The notes: generated from the sequence alone by a model not told the origin. 64,000 nt of DNA from a virus (IMGVR_UViG_3300021197_001787:32001-96000), one strand, 5' to 3'; counted from the first letter of the stretch, positions 39,560-48,223 are shown. Translations and numbers: made by a program.

Positions 39560-39567
39560 TAAATAGT
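39560..39567 (-). promoter_or_regulatory. Candidate late promoter ACTATTTA
   Basis: Intergenic, 6 nt upstream of GTG at 39554. Confidence 0.5.
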
Positions 39568-39569
39568 AT

Positions 39570-40040
39570 CTATTCTATATTGAGTGTTCCAAGTGGTGTC
39601 TCAACTACTACATCCCAACCAATTAAACAAGGCTGAGCGCTGATTAAATTTGAATATGGGATCTCTACTTCTGTTGATAACGTACAGAATCCTCTTTTGT
39701 GATCATATTTTTCAGTTGAAGCTTCAATGAAACTAAAATCATAAAAGTTTTCTTGGATAGTTTCTGAAAGAAAATCACTGAATGTATAATCTCTCTCATA
39801 TTCTTCTAGAAAACCTGAATCTCTCAATTCATTTAGAATATCTTCGCCCCATCTTGTTTGAGCACGAAGGCCAGGGGTCGCGATTAACTCACTAAACCTA
39901 TTAATAACATCAGTCTCTGACATTGCTGTCTCAACTTCTGTTTCGTTGTGTACAAACACATCAGTTCCTTCACTGTAACGTAAGCTAATCGTAGCATCAC
40001 TGTTTAAATCAAGACCCTGTAATTTTTTATAAATGGACAT
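39570..40040 (-). CDS. Hypothetical protein
   Basis: 156 aa with GGAGG RBS. Confidence 0.75.
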   Translation of the reverse strand: MSIYKKLQGLDLNSDATISLRYSEGTDVFVHNETEVETAMSETDVINRFSELIATPGLRAQTRWGEDILNELRDSGFLEEYERDYTFSDFLSETIQENFYDFSFIEASTEKYDHKRGFCTLSTEVEIPYSNLISAQPCLIGWDVVVETPLGTLNIE

Positions 40041-40049
40041 TATACCTCC

Positions 40050-40586
40050 TTAGTACCATAAATAATCTTTCCAGATTTGTTGTATATTTGACTTTGAGTC
40101 AAAAAAACTATTTTTAGGCTTTCTAGGCGTTTTCATTAAAGTCATGCCAGCCTCGTCGGGTGTTTTATTACCTTTTTTTTGATTGCACTTCTTACATGCA
40201 GCAACTATGTTTGTCCATATTTTATCCCCGCCTCTTGACTTCGGTAATATATGGTCAAGTGTTAATTCTTTATCGCCAAATGATTTCTCACAATACTGAC
40301 ATATATGATTGTCCCTAACAAAAATACTTTTTCTATTACAGTGTAAAGAATTAAACCTAAATTTTATCACACGACATAAAACAATGACAGAAGGAATTTT
40401 AAATATTTTACTTGGTGAATGTATAAATTTGTCATATGTCTCAATTGTTCTAGCTTTTCCTATCAAACACATAACCAGAGCCTCGGTTCCACTGATAATC
40501 TCAATTGGCCGATAGGCTGCATCTAATTTAAGTGTTTTATATTCAAATGGGTTAGACATATTATTATTTTCTATATTTGTACTCAT
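40050..40586 (-). CDS. HNH endonuclease (McrA-like)
   Basis: RDNHICQYC, LTLDHILPKSRGG, NIVAACKKCNQKKGN; start may be 40559. Confidence 0.93.
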   Translation of the reverse strand: MSTNIENNNMSNPFEYKTLKLDAAYRPIEIISGTEALVMCLIGKARTIETYDKFIHSPSKIFKIPSVIVLCRVIKFRFNSLHCNRKSIFVRDNHICQYCEKSFGDKELTLDHILPKSRGGDKIWTNIVAACKKCNQKKGNKTPDEAGMTLMKTPRKPKNSFFDSKSNIQQIWKDYLWY

Positions 40587-40615
40587 AACATAATTCTTTT
40601 TTTGTTTACTGTCAA
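40587..40615 (-). promoter_or_regulatory. Sigma70-type promoter
   Basis: Minus strand TTGACA-N17-TATGTT. Confidence 0.65.
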
Positions 40616-40617
40616 CC

Positions 40618-41103
40618 CTATTTTTTTGATTTGCCGGACAACCTCCTGTTCGGACCTAAAACATTAACAACATTTTTTACTAATTCTGATGAAGCTGCTA
40701 CTTTTTCATCACCGCCAATACTCCAGAGCATTTTAATACCCATCTCATCACATACATTTTGTTCTGGTGTATTGTGTTTTCCACGATCACCACCGTTTGC
40801 AAAGTATGTAGGCTTGAGGCGCCTTATGGCCTCACAAACTGTACCATCTGAATCATCAACCGAATCGACAAGCACTACTCCTTTAATAGAATTTAAGATC
40901 TCTGCTCGTTGTACAAAATCCATAAATACAAATCCTTTTTTATCATGTAGCCACGCGTCAGAGTTTGCAATTACTATCACATCTCCGTGTTTTGCAGCTG
41001 CGCGGATCATTCTTATGTGGCCGGCGTGAACAGGGTCAAAGCCCCCAGAAACCATAATTGTTGGCTTTTCGCCATTATCAAACATATTATTGTGTATTGT
41101 CAT
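40618..41103 (-). CDS. Cytidylyltransferase-like nucleotidyltransferase (TagD/RfaE-II family)
   Basis: SGGFDPVHAGH (HxGH), ANSD, FANGGDR. Confidence 0.92.
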   Translation of the reverse strand: MTIHNNMFDNGEKPTIMVSGGFDPVHAGHIRMIRAAAKHGDVIVIANSDAWLHDKKGFVFMDFVQRAEILNSIKGVVLVDSVDDSDGTVCEAIRRLKPTYFANGGDRGKHNTPEQNVCDEMGIKMLWSIGGDEKVAASSELVKNVVNVLGPNRRLSGKSKK

Positions 41104-41124
41104 TACAACTCCTATTTGATATTA

Positions 41125-41153
41125 ATTATAACACAAACATAAGAAAAGTTAAA
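41125..41153 (-). promoter_or_regulatory. Sigma70-type extended -10 promoter
   Basis: Minus strand TTTAAC-N17-TATAAT with TG at -15/-14, then AGGAG RBS. Confidence 0.65.
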
Positions 41154-41155
41154 TT

Positions 41156-42184
41156 TTATGTTCCGGTGTCAGGTTCAATATAACGGTATCCTATTTCAAC
41201 TAATTCACCAGCACTTGGAAGTGTGCTAAAATACACAGTGTTTTCGGATTCCACATAATACCAATCATAGTTTAAAGCACCGTTAATAAATACTCTTATA
41301 GAGTCCACTTCAGCTTTATGAGTAAGCTTTACTTTTTCAATCGGTTCAATTGAATGGGTGGCATCAGTGACACCAGGCGACCAATCCTCATCACATATAT
41401 CAACTATCACACCACCAATTAAGCTTGTGGCTTCCATATAACGATCACCCACATCTATTGGATTTGGTGGAAAGTCACAAAGAGTATATTCGGCTTCTAC
41501 GTTTATTATGCTGGCCATGAATACAGAGCCCATTCTTAAAGAACCATACCAACTTAAAAAGTCCGACACGGCTGGGTATTCTACATGACTTTGTTCTTCT
41601 TCATCTGAAACAAATACTACCAGTAATCCAGCATCCGGTCGCATCCACGTTGAAGAATACGGATTATGATTGATATAATCGTATACTGAATTAAAACCCT
41701 CTTCATACGGAGCCGAAACAAGAGTTGCTAGCATAGCTGCAGCATCATCAATGTCATCACCCGGCACTAAAGGAAATTCTGTGCTAAGGACAGATTTACG
41801 CGCGTCGGCGCTAATCATTACTAAGCGCCAGTCAGCGGTAGGAAGTGCTAGCAACATAGCCTCAACGCCGGCTAGAAGTTCAGCATTAAAACGATTCATA
41901 GAGCCAGAGCGGTCAACGACCCACAAAATATCAATTCCATCAATTGACATATGCTGAGTAAACGAATCAATCCATATCTCTCCTTCGTTTACTGGCACTT
42001 CCACTTCAATATAGACTGGTACTTCAACTTCTATTTCTTCAGCAACAGTGACTGTCTCTGTAACTGTTTCTGTGACTACAACCGTTTCAGTTTTACCGCC
42101 AGTCACTACTGCATAGTCTTGCGTACATCCAGCCATAAGACTAGACGCCAACAAAAGCAGTCTTTTGATAGTTTTGAGTGCCAT
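41156..42184 (-). CDS. Lipoprotein with vWA (MIDAS) domain
   Basis: Lipobox LMAGC; TET/EVEVPV repeat linker; IDILWVVDRSGSM (DxSxS); VVFVSDEEE. Confidence 0.8.
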   Translation of the reverse strand: MALKTIKRLLLLASSLMAGCTQDYAVVTGGKTETVVVTETVTETVTVAEEIEVEVPVYIEVEVPVNEGEIWIDSFTQHMSIDGIDILWVVDRSGSMNRFNAELLAGVEAMLLALPTADWRLVMISADARKSVLSTEFPLVPGDDIDDAAAMLATLVSAPYEEGFNSVYDYINHNPYSSTWMRPDAGLLVVFVSDEEEQSHVEYPAVSDFLSWYGSLRMGSVFMASIINVEAEYTLCDFPPNPIDVGDRYMEATSLIGGVIVDICDEDWSPGVTDATHSIEPIEKVKLTHKAEVDSIRVFINGALNYDWYYVESENTVYFSTLPSAGELVEIGYRYIEPDTGT

Positions 42185-42189
42185 CCCTA

Positions 42190-42399
42190 CTAATACGTAG
42201 GTTCAGGTATCGGAAAAAGTTTATGTTCACTAACTTTTTTTATTTTACCTTCGCCATCAATGAAGATTTCATAATCATAAAAGTCGTCTCTCGGCAATAT
42301 GTTTAAAATCACAGCCATTTTTTTTATTTTTGCCAATGATTCTATTTCGTCGTTGGGAAAGGGTATATAAATTACCCATTGGTCTACTTTGTACTTCAT
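42190..42399 (-). CDS. Small KOW/SH3-like hypothetical protein
   Basis: KYKVDQWV...MAVILNI...YEIFI pattern. Confidence 0.6.
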   Translation of the reverse strand: MKYKVDQWVIYIPFPNDEIESLAKIKKMAVILNILPRDDFYDYEIFIDGEGKIKKVSEHKLFPIPEPTY

Positions 42400-42893
42400 T
42401 TGTAATTTGGCTTGTAATTTTTCAAAACATCATACAGTTTGCCGGGTGAAAGATTTGGTGTTCTATAAATATACAAATCATCCCACATTACTATTCTAGC
42501 TTTAACAAGAGCATGGCCTATCCATTCAGAACAATACCATTTATCTCTATGTTTAATTAAATATGGAAATATTTGTGAACAAATCATGCCGACCCAGTCG
42601 TATTTAGCTCCGTTAGTCTCACTTATAAAGCTATTTAGTTGCTTAAGCTGATAATCTCGTACCGGTTTTCTCCAACTTAATTCAAAACTTAAAAAATCCC
42701 AATCTTGTAAATTTTTTACATCATAAACGGAGCGCGCTGAAACTTTACCTGTTAGTACAGGTGAAATACTAATCCAAGTTATTTTATTAGGCAATATTAA
42801 TTCAGCATGACTATACTTGCTTTTTGTCCACCAGCGCACAATTTTATTAATCCAATTGCCACCGCCTTTATAAAAAGCAATTTTTATAATCAT
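42396..42893 (-). CDS. Permuted papain-like NlpC/P60 (YiiX/YaeF-type) enzyme
   Basis: YSHAEL (His) before KYD and WYCSEW (Cys), the permuted order; LSPGKL. Confidence 0.75.
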   Translation of the reverse strand: MIIKIAFYKGGGNWINKIVRWWTKSKYSHAELILPNKITWISISPVLTGKVSARSVYDVKNLQDWDFLSFELSWRKPVRDYQLKQLNSFISETNGAKYDWVGMICSQIFPYLIKHRDKWYCSEWIGHALVKARIVMWDDLYIYRTPNLSPGKLYDVLKNYKPNYK

Positions 42894-42937
42894 ATTAGTA
42901 AAATATTCTCCTATTTTTAATTATACAACTTTTTTAT

Positions 42938-43180
42938 TCATCTTGAAACTAAATTAATAAAATCTGAAGGAATATACTCAATTCGGCCAGTTTTAAACCA
43001 GTATATGGTTAATTGATCCTGATAAATTTCATAATCTGGGTCACCTAAAAAATATACATGGTTTTGTACATCAATGACAATACCAGTCATAGGCTCCTCT
43101 TCCCAATAAATAATTGATATATCCTCTTGGACTATATCTCCAATTTCAAATTGGAAATAATTTTTATCTTCATTCCACAC
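42938..43180 (-). CDS. Small KOW/SH3-like hypothetical protein
   Basis: FEIGDIV...GIVID...IYWF. Confidence 0.65.
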   Translation of the reverse strand: MWNEDKNYFQFEIGDIVQEDISIIYWEEEPMTGIVIDVQNHVYFLGDPDYEIYQDQLTIYWFKTGRIEYIPSDFINLVSR

Positions 43181-43187
43181 ATTTTAA

Positions 43188-43388
43188 TTAGAGTTCGCGT
43201 TTTAAACTTTTTCTCATATACTCAACATTTTCTCTTTTATCTAATACTGTTCTTTCAACTTCTTCGGTCTCTAAATCAAATTGTTCTTTAATTTCCCAAA
43301 GCGCTTCTTCAATTGTGTCTTCTAATCGTTCTTTTATAACACTATCAACTTTTTGCTTTTTATCTTTTTTGAAAATCCAATTAAACAT
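43188..43388 (-). CDS. Hypothetical protein (66 aa)
   Basis: True start taken as MFNWIFKK at 43388; the longer ORF-track call overlaps the tmRNA 3' end. Confidence 0.65.
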   Translation of the reverse strand: MFNWIFKKDKKQKVDSVIKERLEDTIEEALWEIKEQFDLETEEVERTVLDKRENVEYMRKSLKREL

Positions 43389-43408
43389 TTTATATACCCC
43401 CTGTGATA

Positions 43409-43752
43409 TGGTGGAGACGGCGGGAGTCGAACCCGCGTCCAGAATAAGTCTAATTGTAGTCATTCACAAGCTTATCAGTTTTTATATCCCCTAGCTGAAC
43501 GGGTAGACGGTTATATTCTAAAGCTTACCGTCCTGTTGCCTTAGATGGTTTGATTTTTGCAACTTATCTGTTGTTTTGATTAGATTGGAAAGAAGGTTCT
43601 AATCAACCTCCCGATTAAGCCGCTAAGCGGACAGATTCGAAGTGGTTATTGTTATTAGCAATTATTTTTTGTATCTGCGTTTAAAGTCTGCTAATACGTT
43701 TGACTGCTTGCACTTTTCCTCTTTCTTACCCTGTCGAAACCATGGCATCCCC
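43409..43752 (-). ncRNA. ssrA: tmRNA (transfer-messenger RNA), tag peptide ANNNNHFESVRLAA
   Basis: 5' GGGGATG pairs with 3' CGTCTCC-A-CCA including G3.U70; T-arm GCGGGTTCGACTCCCGC; AAAAAATAATT resume context then GCT AAT AAC AAT AAC CAC TTC GAA TCT GTC CGC TTA GCG GCT TAA at 43659-43615; length 344 nt. Confidence 0.97.
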
Positions 43753-43962
43753 TTATTTTTTACATTTTTTAATAATGCAGCCAACTGGTGAATAATTTTC
43801 ATCATCTAACCATATTGTGATTACACCATTGTTTTTCTTTTTCTCTGTTGAAGAAAAATGAATGTTTTTTGTAGCAGCGCGCATCGCTGCGGATTCTGTT
43901 GAATGTTTGCTTATCAATGTACCCATGATATATGAGCCATCATATTTATATACTTTCCACAT
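43753..43962 (-). CDS. Hypothetical protein
   Basis: 69 aa; stop codon abuts tmRNA nucleotide 1. Confidence 0.7.
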   Translation of the reverse strand: MWKVYKYDGSYIMGTLISKHSTESAAMRAATKNIHFSSTEKKKNNGVITIWLDDENYSPVGCIIKKCKK

Positions 43963-44546
43963 TATAAACCTTGTTCTATTAGTTGTTTTGTGTATTCTTC
44001 AGAGAACCCTGTGTGCCCATTATAGAACTTCATATCTCTATCAATATAAATATATGTTGGGAACCCCGATATAGCATAACCTTCTATTGACGCCGGGTCA
44101 AACATTTTTTCGCGAGAACCCATCAAGACCGGTGAGGAGGTGATCTCATGTGAAACAACCCACTCATCTATTTCTTCTTCAGTTGGTTCAATACCACTCA
44201 TATAACCATCAATAAGGATAGTAACAAATTGGAATCCTTCTTCGTCATATTCATCTTGTAGAGGTTGTGCAAAGTGGCCTGCATTCTGACAAGGCCCGCA
44301 CCACATGGTAGAAAAATCTATCACAATAATATCCCCCTTGTGACTGTAAAGATCCCAGACCTCACCATCGTGATTTAATAATCTGAAGTTGCAAGGTTTA
44401 TCACCAACATCAATGTGCCGGCAATCTGAATCTGGAATTATTCCTACCGGTTCTAATATTTCTTCTTCAATATCTGATATTGATTCAGTTTGTAATTCTG
44501 CAGCACATCCAATTAAAAGCGCAGCAATAAAATATAGTTTTTTCAT
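43962..44546 (-). CDS. TlpA/ResA-like thioredoxin-fold lipoprotein
   Basis: Lipobox LLIGC; IDFSTMWCGPC (CxxC); cis-Pro GFPTYIYID. Confidence 0.88.
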   Translation of the reverse strand: MKKLYFIAALLIGCAAELQTESISDIEEEILEPVGIIPDSDCRHIDVGDKPCNFRLLNHDGEVWDLYSHKGDIIVIDFSTMWCGPCQNAGHFAQPLQDEYDEEGFQFVTILIDGYMSGIEPTEEEIDEWVVSHEITSSPVLMGSREKMFDPASIEGYAISGFPTYIYIDRDMKFYNGHTGFSEEYTKQLIEQGL

Positions 44547-44579
44547 ATAAAGCTCCTAAAATAAATAGAATGTTTATAA

Positions 44580-44713
44580 GAAATGTCCGGTTGTGGATCT
44601 CTTGCTCACCACAGCTAACCTACAGTTTATTTATTTAAACCCCCGAGGGCAGAACGTTCATGATAGATATGGAACGTTCGTTGTGTATAAAGTGCCGGAC
44701 TCACGTGCATTTC
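44580..44713 (-). ncRNA. Candidate structured non-coding RNA (multi-stem junction)
   Basis: Intergenic; closing stems GAAAU/AUUUC and GUCCGG/CCGGAC enclose hairpins GAACGUUC/GAACGUUC, GUUUA/UAAAC and UGUGG/CCACA. Pairings found by eye. Confidence 0.5.
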
Positions 44714-44738
44714 ATTATTAATTTGTTCAAAGATTATG

Positions 44739-45077
44739 TTAGAAGCCTTTCTTATCAAAAAAATGCTGTACATCATATTTCTTAACTAACTTTCCAAAAG
44801 AAAGATAATCTAAACCAAGAAACCGAGCGGCATCTTTTTTTGATTCTGTGGCTGATATTGCAAATTTGAGCATAGCTTCCTGAACAATATACTTTGAATT
44901 TCTCCATATGTCAAATCCATACATACGATTTTTAAAAAACTTACTTGACAGCTCAAATTTTAATGCTATAATATCTTCTAATGACATAATATTAACTAAT
45001 ACTAATAAATCATCACTAACAAGATTATTATCTCTTAATTTATTAATAATGCTTTTATGTTTAGTTTTAGAAATCAT
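44739..45077 (-). CDS. Fis-like helix-turn-helix protein
   Basis: C-terminal AMLKFAISATESKKDAARFLGLDYLSFGKLVKKY resembles the Fis/HTH_8 pattern (AL......AA..LG....L..KLKKY). Confidence 0.6.
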   Translation of the reverse strand: MISKTKHKSIINKLRDNNLVSDDLLVLVNIMSLEDIIALKFELSSKFFKNRMYGFDIWRNSKYIVQEAMLKFAISATESKKDAARFLGLDYLSFGKLVKKYDVQHFFDKKGF

Positions 45078-45856
45078 TATAAGTTAAAATCTAATTCATT
45101 ATCTGTGCTAGCATTATCAGGTTGTGTTTGTTTAGCGGTATCATATGCTTGATTTGTTGGCTCTGACACATTAACATCAAGTTCTTTTTCAAATTTATCA
45201 AAGTATAATTTTAGATTAGCAATCAAGTAATCATAAAACAAATCTTGATCTTCAGAGTTAGAAAGTAAGTCATAAGCATCAACAATAGAGCTTTCAATCT
45301 TCTTAAAGCTAGCATATGCCATGTTTCTACCGGTTACATCAGCACCTTCAATACCAAAATCATCTATTGGGTCTTTTTCTTCTTCAGGCTCTGCCGCATC
45401 CGGGTTAATATCAATAAATTTATCGGCCGGGTCATTGTCATCCACGACGTCGATATCAATTTCCTCTTGTACTTCAGGCGATGGCTCATTTGATTCTGCA
45501 TCATTATTAGCTTCCACCGGTGTTAGTGCGCCTACAACTGCGTTAATGACATGAGATCTAAAAGATTCTCTTTGTTCACCACTTGTCGTAAGTAATTTAT
45601 AATCTGTTTCTAAAATTGGAATAATCTTTTTAAGAAGATCTTCAAGAACATTGATTCCAGTATTCCCGTGTGGTGCAGGATCGTTGTCAGGAGTTGCAGC
45701 TTCTGACAAAATCTGTGTTTCAACGTTGATTAATTTGCGTACGTACTCACGCAATAAAGCCTCTTCAGATTTCATTTTCTGCTCTGCCAAGAGTCTTTTC
45801 TTCTTGACAATGCGTATAGCTTGTCTTATACTACTTCTGATAGTTTCTTCATTCAT
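45077..45856 (-). CDS. Hypothetical acidic protein, possibly prohead core/internal
   Basis: 259 aa; amphipathic LLREYVRKL..ILSE segment; conserved-looking STGINVLE-type motif; acidic linker. Confidence 0.6.
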   Translation of the reverse strand: MNEETIRSSIRQAIRIVKKKRLLAEQKMKSEEALLREYVRKLINVETQILSEAATPDNDPAPHGNTGINVLEDLLKKIIPILETDYKLLTTSGEQRESFRSHVINAVVGALTPVEANNDAESNEPSPEVQEEIDIDVVDDNDPADKFIDINPDAAEPEEEKDPIDDFGIEGADVTGRNMAYASFKKIESSIVDAYDLLSNSEDQDLFYDYLIANLKLYFDKFEKELDVNVSEPTNQAYDTAKQTQPDNASTDNELDFNL

Positions 45857-47865
45857 TGTGATATGCCTTTTCCTATAATTAGTTTCATAACTTCATCTAA
45901 CATACTTAAATCAACATTTTCTGTTTTATTTGTTTTAAGTCTGCTTTGTCTTTCTTGTTCAGCGTTTTCGTCTGGGACGTCAAGGCCCGGAAAGTTTGGT
46001 TTAACTGCTGCCGCGCCCTGTACTGCTGCACTCACAGTTGCTTCGTTAACTTCGCTCTGCCGCGGCCCTATTCCAAATATTGCTAACAACTCAAAAACGT
46101 TATCCTCTCCGACAAACTCTTCTAATTCTTCTATAGCATCAACGTCGGTCCTTGCTTTGGATATTAAAGATCTCATATCAGTCGCACGGAAAGCGCTGCC
46201 TCCTTGACGATTAATTGCCTTTACAGCGTTGGATTCTAGATCCATAACTTCGACACCTTCTTTTACATCTTTATCATTTACAAAAAGCCATCGATGCCAA
46301 TCGGGCACATCATTATCATCAGGCTTATCACTAGCGCCCAAGACAACTTTGTCTCCCGGTCTAATTTCACCCTCTTTACCAATATATTGAAGTGTAGCCC
46401 CAATCGGAGACGGCTCTTTAGATATTCTTAAGTCTACTTTTGGATTGTCAGCCAAGCCAGCAGATGCTAACAATAACTTCCAGACATCTTCAGCATGCGT
46501 AGCTTTGATAACAGTACCGTCATCTAACATACGGTTTTTCTTCTTGGGGCTTGAAATTAAAATAATTACGCGGTCGATATCACTTCTTCTAGCATACTGT
46601 TCAACCATTTTTAGGTGACCCATATGCGGGGGTTTGAATGCACCGGGCACAAAGGCGATTGTTTCTCCGGTGTAATCAGCATCAACTACAGGATCCTCAT
46701 CCTCGTCTTCCTTTACTGGTTTGTGTTCGTACCCTACAAAATCTTCTTCGTCTTCATTCAAAGAGGTATCATCTTGAAATGCGGAACCCATTCCACCAAG
46801 AATAAATTCTCCAGTAATTTTCACTGGGTTCATACCAAATAATTTGTCGTCACGTAAAACAACACCCTCGTGGTCCATAACGTTACCCATGGGGCTTGTT
46901 AGACCTCGTAACACATCATTACCAAGCATACGAGTTGCATGCATAAAAATAGCACCATATATAGCAGCTTCAGCATCAGCATCTTCAATAAGATCAACAA
47001 TAGCCGGAGAACCGCCTAGAATAGCTTTGTAAAGCTCTTTATGCAAAGGATGGGTCTTCTTACCATTCTTAAGCTTAACAGTCTTATAACGTGGGTTAGA
47101 AGCCTCAGAAAGCCAATCCTTAAGAGATTTGGTTATCTCCCTGTCATCTGATACCTGAATAGTAAAAGGTTGAGACAAAGTAGAAGAAAAATCAATATCT
47201 GTACCTTCTAATCTCTGTGTTGGTACCGAACCATAGACTTGAAATCCATATTCGTTAGCAACAACATTTAATTTTTTAATTAATTTAGCCATTACTTTTG
47301 GATCATAAAGAACTTCACTACTCGGTGCCTTTAATCCATCAGGGCGTTCTGCACCGGGTCTTACATTACCCTTGCTCGCCCCTGATTTAGCTGTTCTTTG
47401 ATAAAACTGATTCATACCATGTATGGCTAAGAAGTTTTCATCGTATTTTGTGACGTTTGTAGTTCCGGCAACATATTCTGTGTTAAGAAACAACGTCGCA
47501 TCGTCCCACATTCCTAATGTTTCTAACTCATCTTTGATATTTCTTAAAGATTTGTTTAAAATCATTAAGAGAGTTTTTATGGCCGGCCTCATACCGTGAC
47601 CTTCAGGAAATCTCTGGTCAACTCTGTCCATTGTGATTCCGCTGATATCTATTTCTTTCATTGAGCCACGGTCAACAGCAAATTGATGAACACCATTATG
47701 TTCAACAACCTTAAACGATACGTTTACACCGTCTATTTTTACTGCGCCGGCAGCTTCTTTCTCAACAAACTTTTTAGCTTTTTCGAAAAAGTCTAATAAA
47801 TCATTACCGGTATCAACCGAATTCAAATCAAATGGGTGGCTCATGTGGCCCGCTGCACCACCCAT
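45853..47865 (-). CDS. Two-domain protein: unknown N-domain (GGAAGHMSHPFD) + HxGH nucleotidyltransferase domain
   Basis: FVPGAFKPPHMGH Rossmann HIGH motif after an acidic linker; N-domain with KIDG...EYV...HEGVVLR. Confidence 0.7.
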   Translation of the reverse strand: MGGAAGHMSHPFDLNSVDTGNDLLDFFEKAKKFVEKEAAGAVKIDGVNVSFKVVEHNGVHQFAVDRGSMKEIDISGITMDRVDQRFPEGHGMRPAIKTLLMILNKSLRNIKDELETLGMWDDATLFLNTEYVAGTTNVTKYDENFLAIHGMNQFYQRTAKSGASKGNVRPGAERPDGLKAPSSEVLYDPKVMAKLIKKLNVVANEYGFQVYGSVPTQRLEGTDIDFSSTLSQPFTIQVSDDREITKSLKDWLSEASNPRYKTVKLKNGKKTHPLHKELYKAILGGSPAIVDLIEDADAEAAIYGAIFMHATRMLGNDVLRGLTSPMGNVMDHEGVVLRDDKLFGMNPVKITGEFILGGMGSAFQDDTSLNEDEEDFVGYEHKPVKEDEDEDPVVDADYTGETIAFVPGAFKPPHMGHLKMVEQYARRSDIDRVIILISSPKKKNRMLDDGTVIKATHAEDVWKLLLASAGLADNPKVDLRISKEPSPIGATLQYIGKEGEIRPGDKVVLGASDKPDDNDVPDWHRWLFVNDKDVKEGVEVMDLESNAVKAINRQGGSAFRATDMRSLISKARTDVDAIEELEEFVGEDNVFELLAIFGIGPRQSEVNEATVSAAVQGAAAVKPNFPGLDVPDENAEQERQSRLKTNKTENVDLSMLDEVMKLIIGKGISQ

Positions 47866-48116
47866 TATTCGTCACCCAGCGATTCTTCTAAGATACCCAC
47901 TTTTTCTTGAAGTACTTGCATTTCATTTTGCATTCTACGAGCGTATCGCTTGACTTCGCGAAGATGTTGTGAGGCAAGCGCAAAACGCCGCTGCTCCGTC
48001 ATGGTGCGCGGTTTAAACTTTGATATTATTTCTTGGAGACCTTGGATATAAGTAAAGATGTTTTTTTCACTAATATCTTCGTTTAAAAAATTTCTCCATT
48101 CTGAATCTAGCGACAT
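47865..48116 (-). CDS. Hypothetical coiled-coil protein
   Basis: Start set at MSLDSEWRNFLNE (AGGAG RBS). Confidence 0.7.
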   Translation of the reverse strand: MSLDSEWRNFLNEDISEKNIFTYIQGLQEIISKFKPRTMTEQRRFALASQHLREVKRYARRMQNEMQVLQEKVGILEESLGDE

Positions 48117-48223
48117 GTCTTGCTCCTGGTTTGTTTGTAATAACAAAAGTTTGTAAATAAACTTATTTTTTATTTTTTTAAGTTCAAGCTTACGTTTAAC
48201 TTTTGTATTTACCGTTCACGAAA

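Noticed and set aside
43388-43463. N-terminal extension (MTTIRLILDAGSTPAVST...) of the 43188-43463 ORF
   Set aside because: It is simply the tmRNA T-arm and acceptor stem read as codons; the plausible start is MFNWIFKK at 43388.
44652-44679. LexA (Firmicutes-type GAAC-N4-GTTC) SOS boxes
   Set aside because: The palindromes are GAACGTTC with no 4-nt spacer, so they do not fit that consensus; retained only as a generic operator or RNA-stem possibility.
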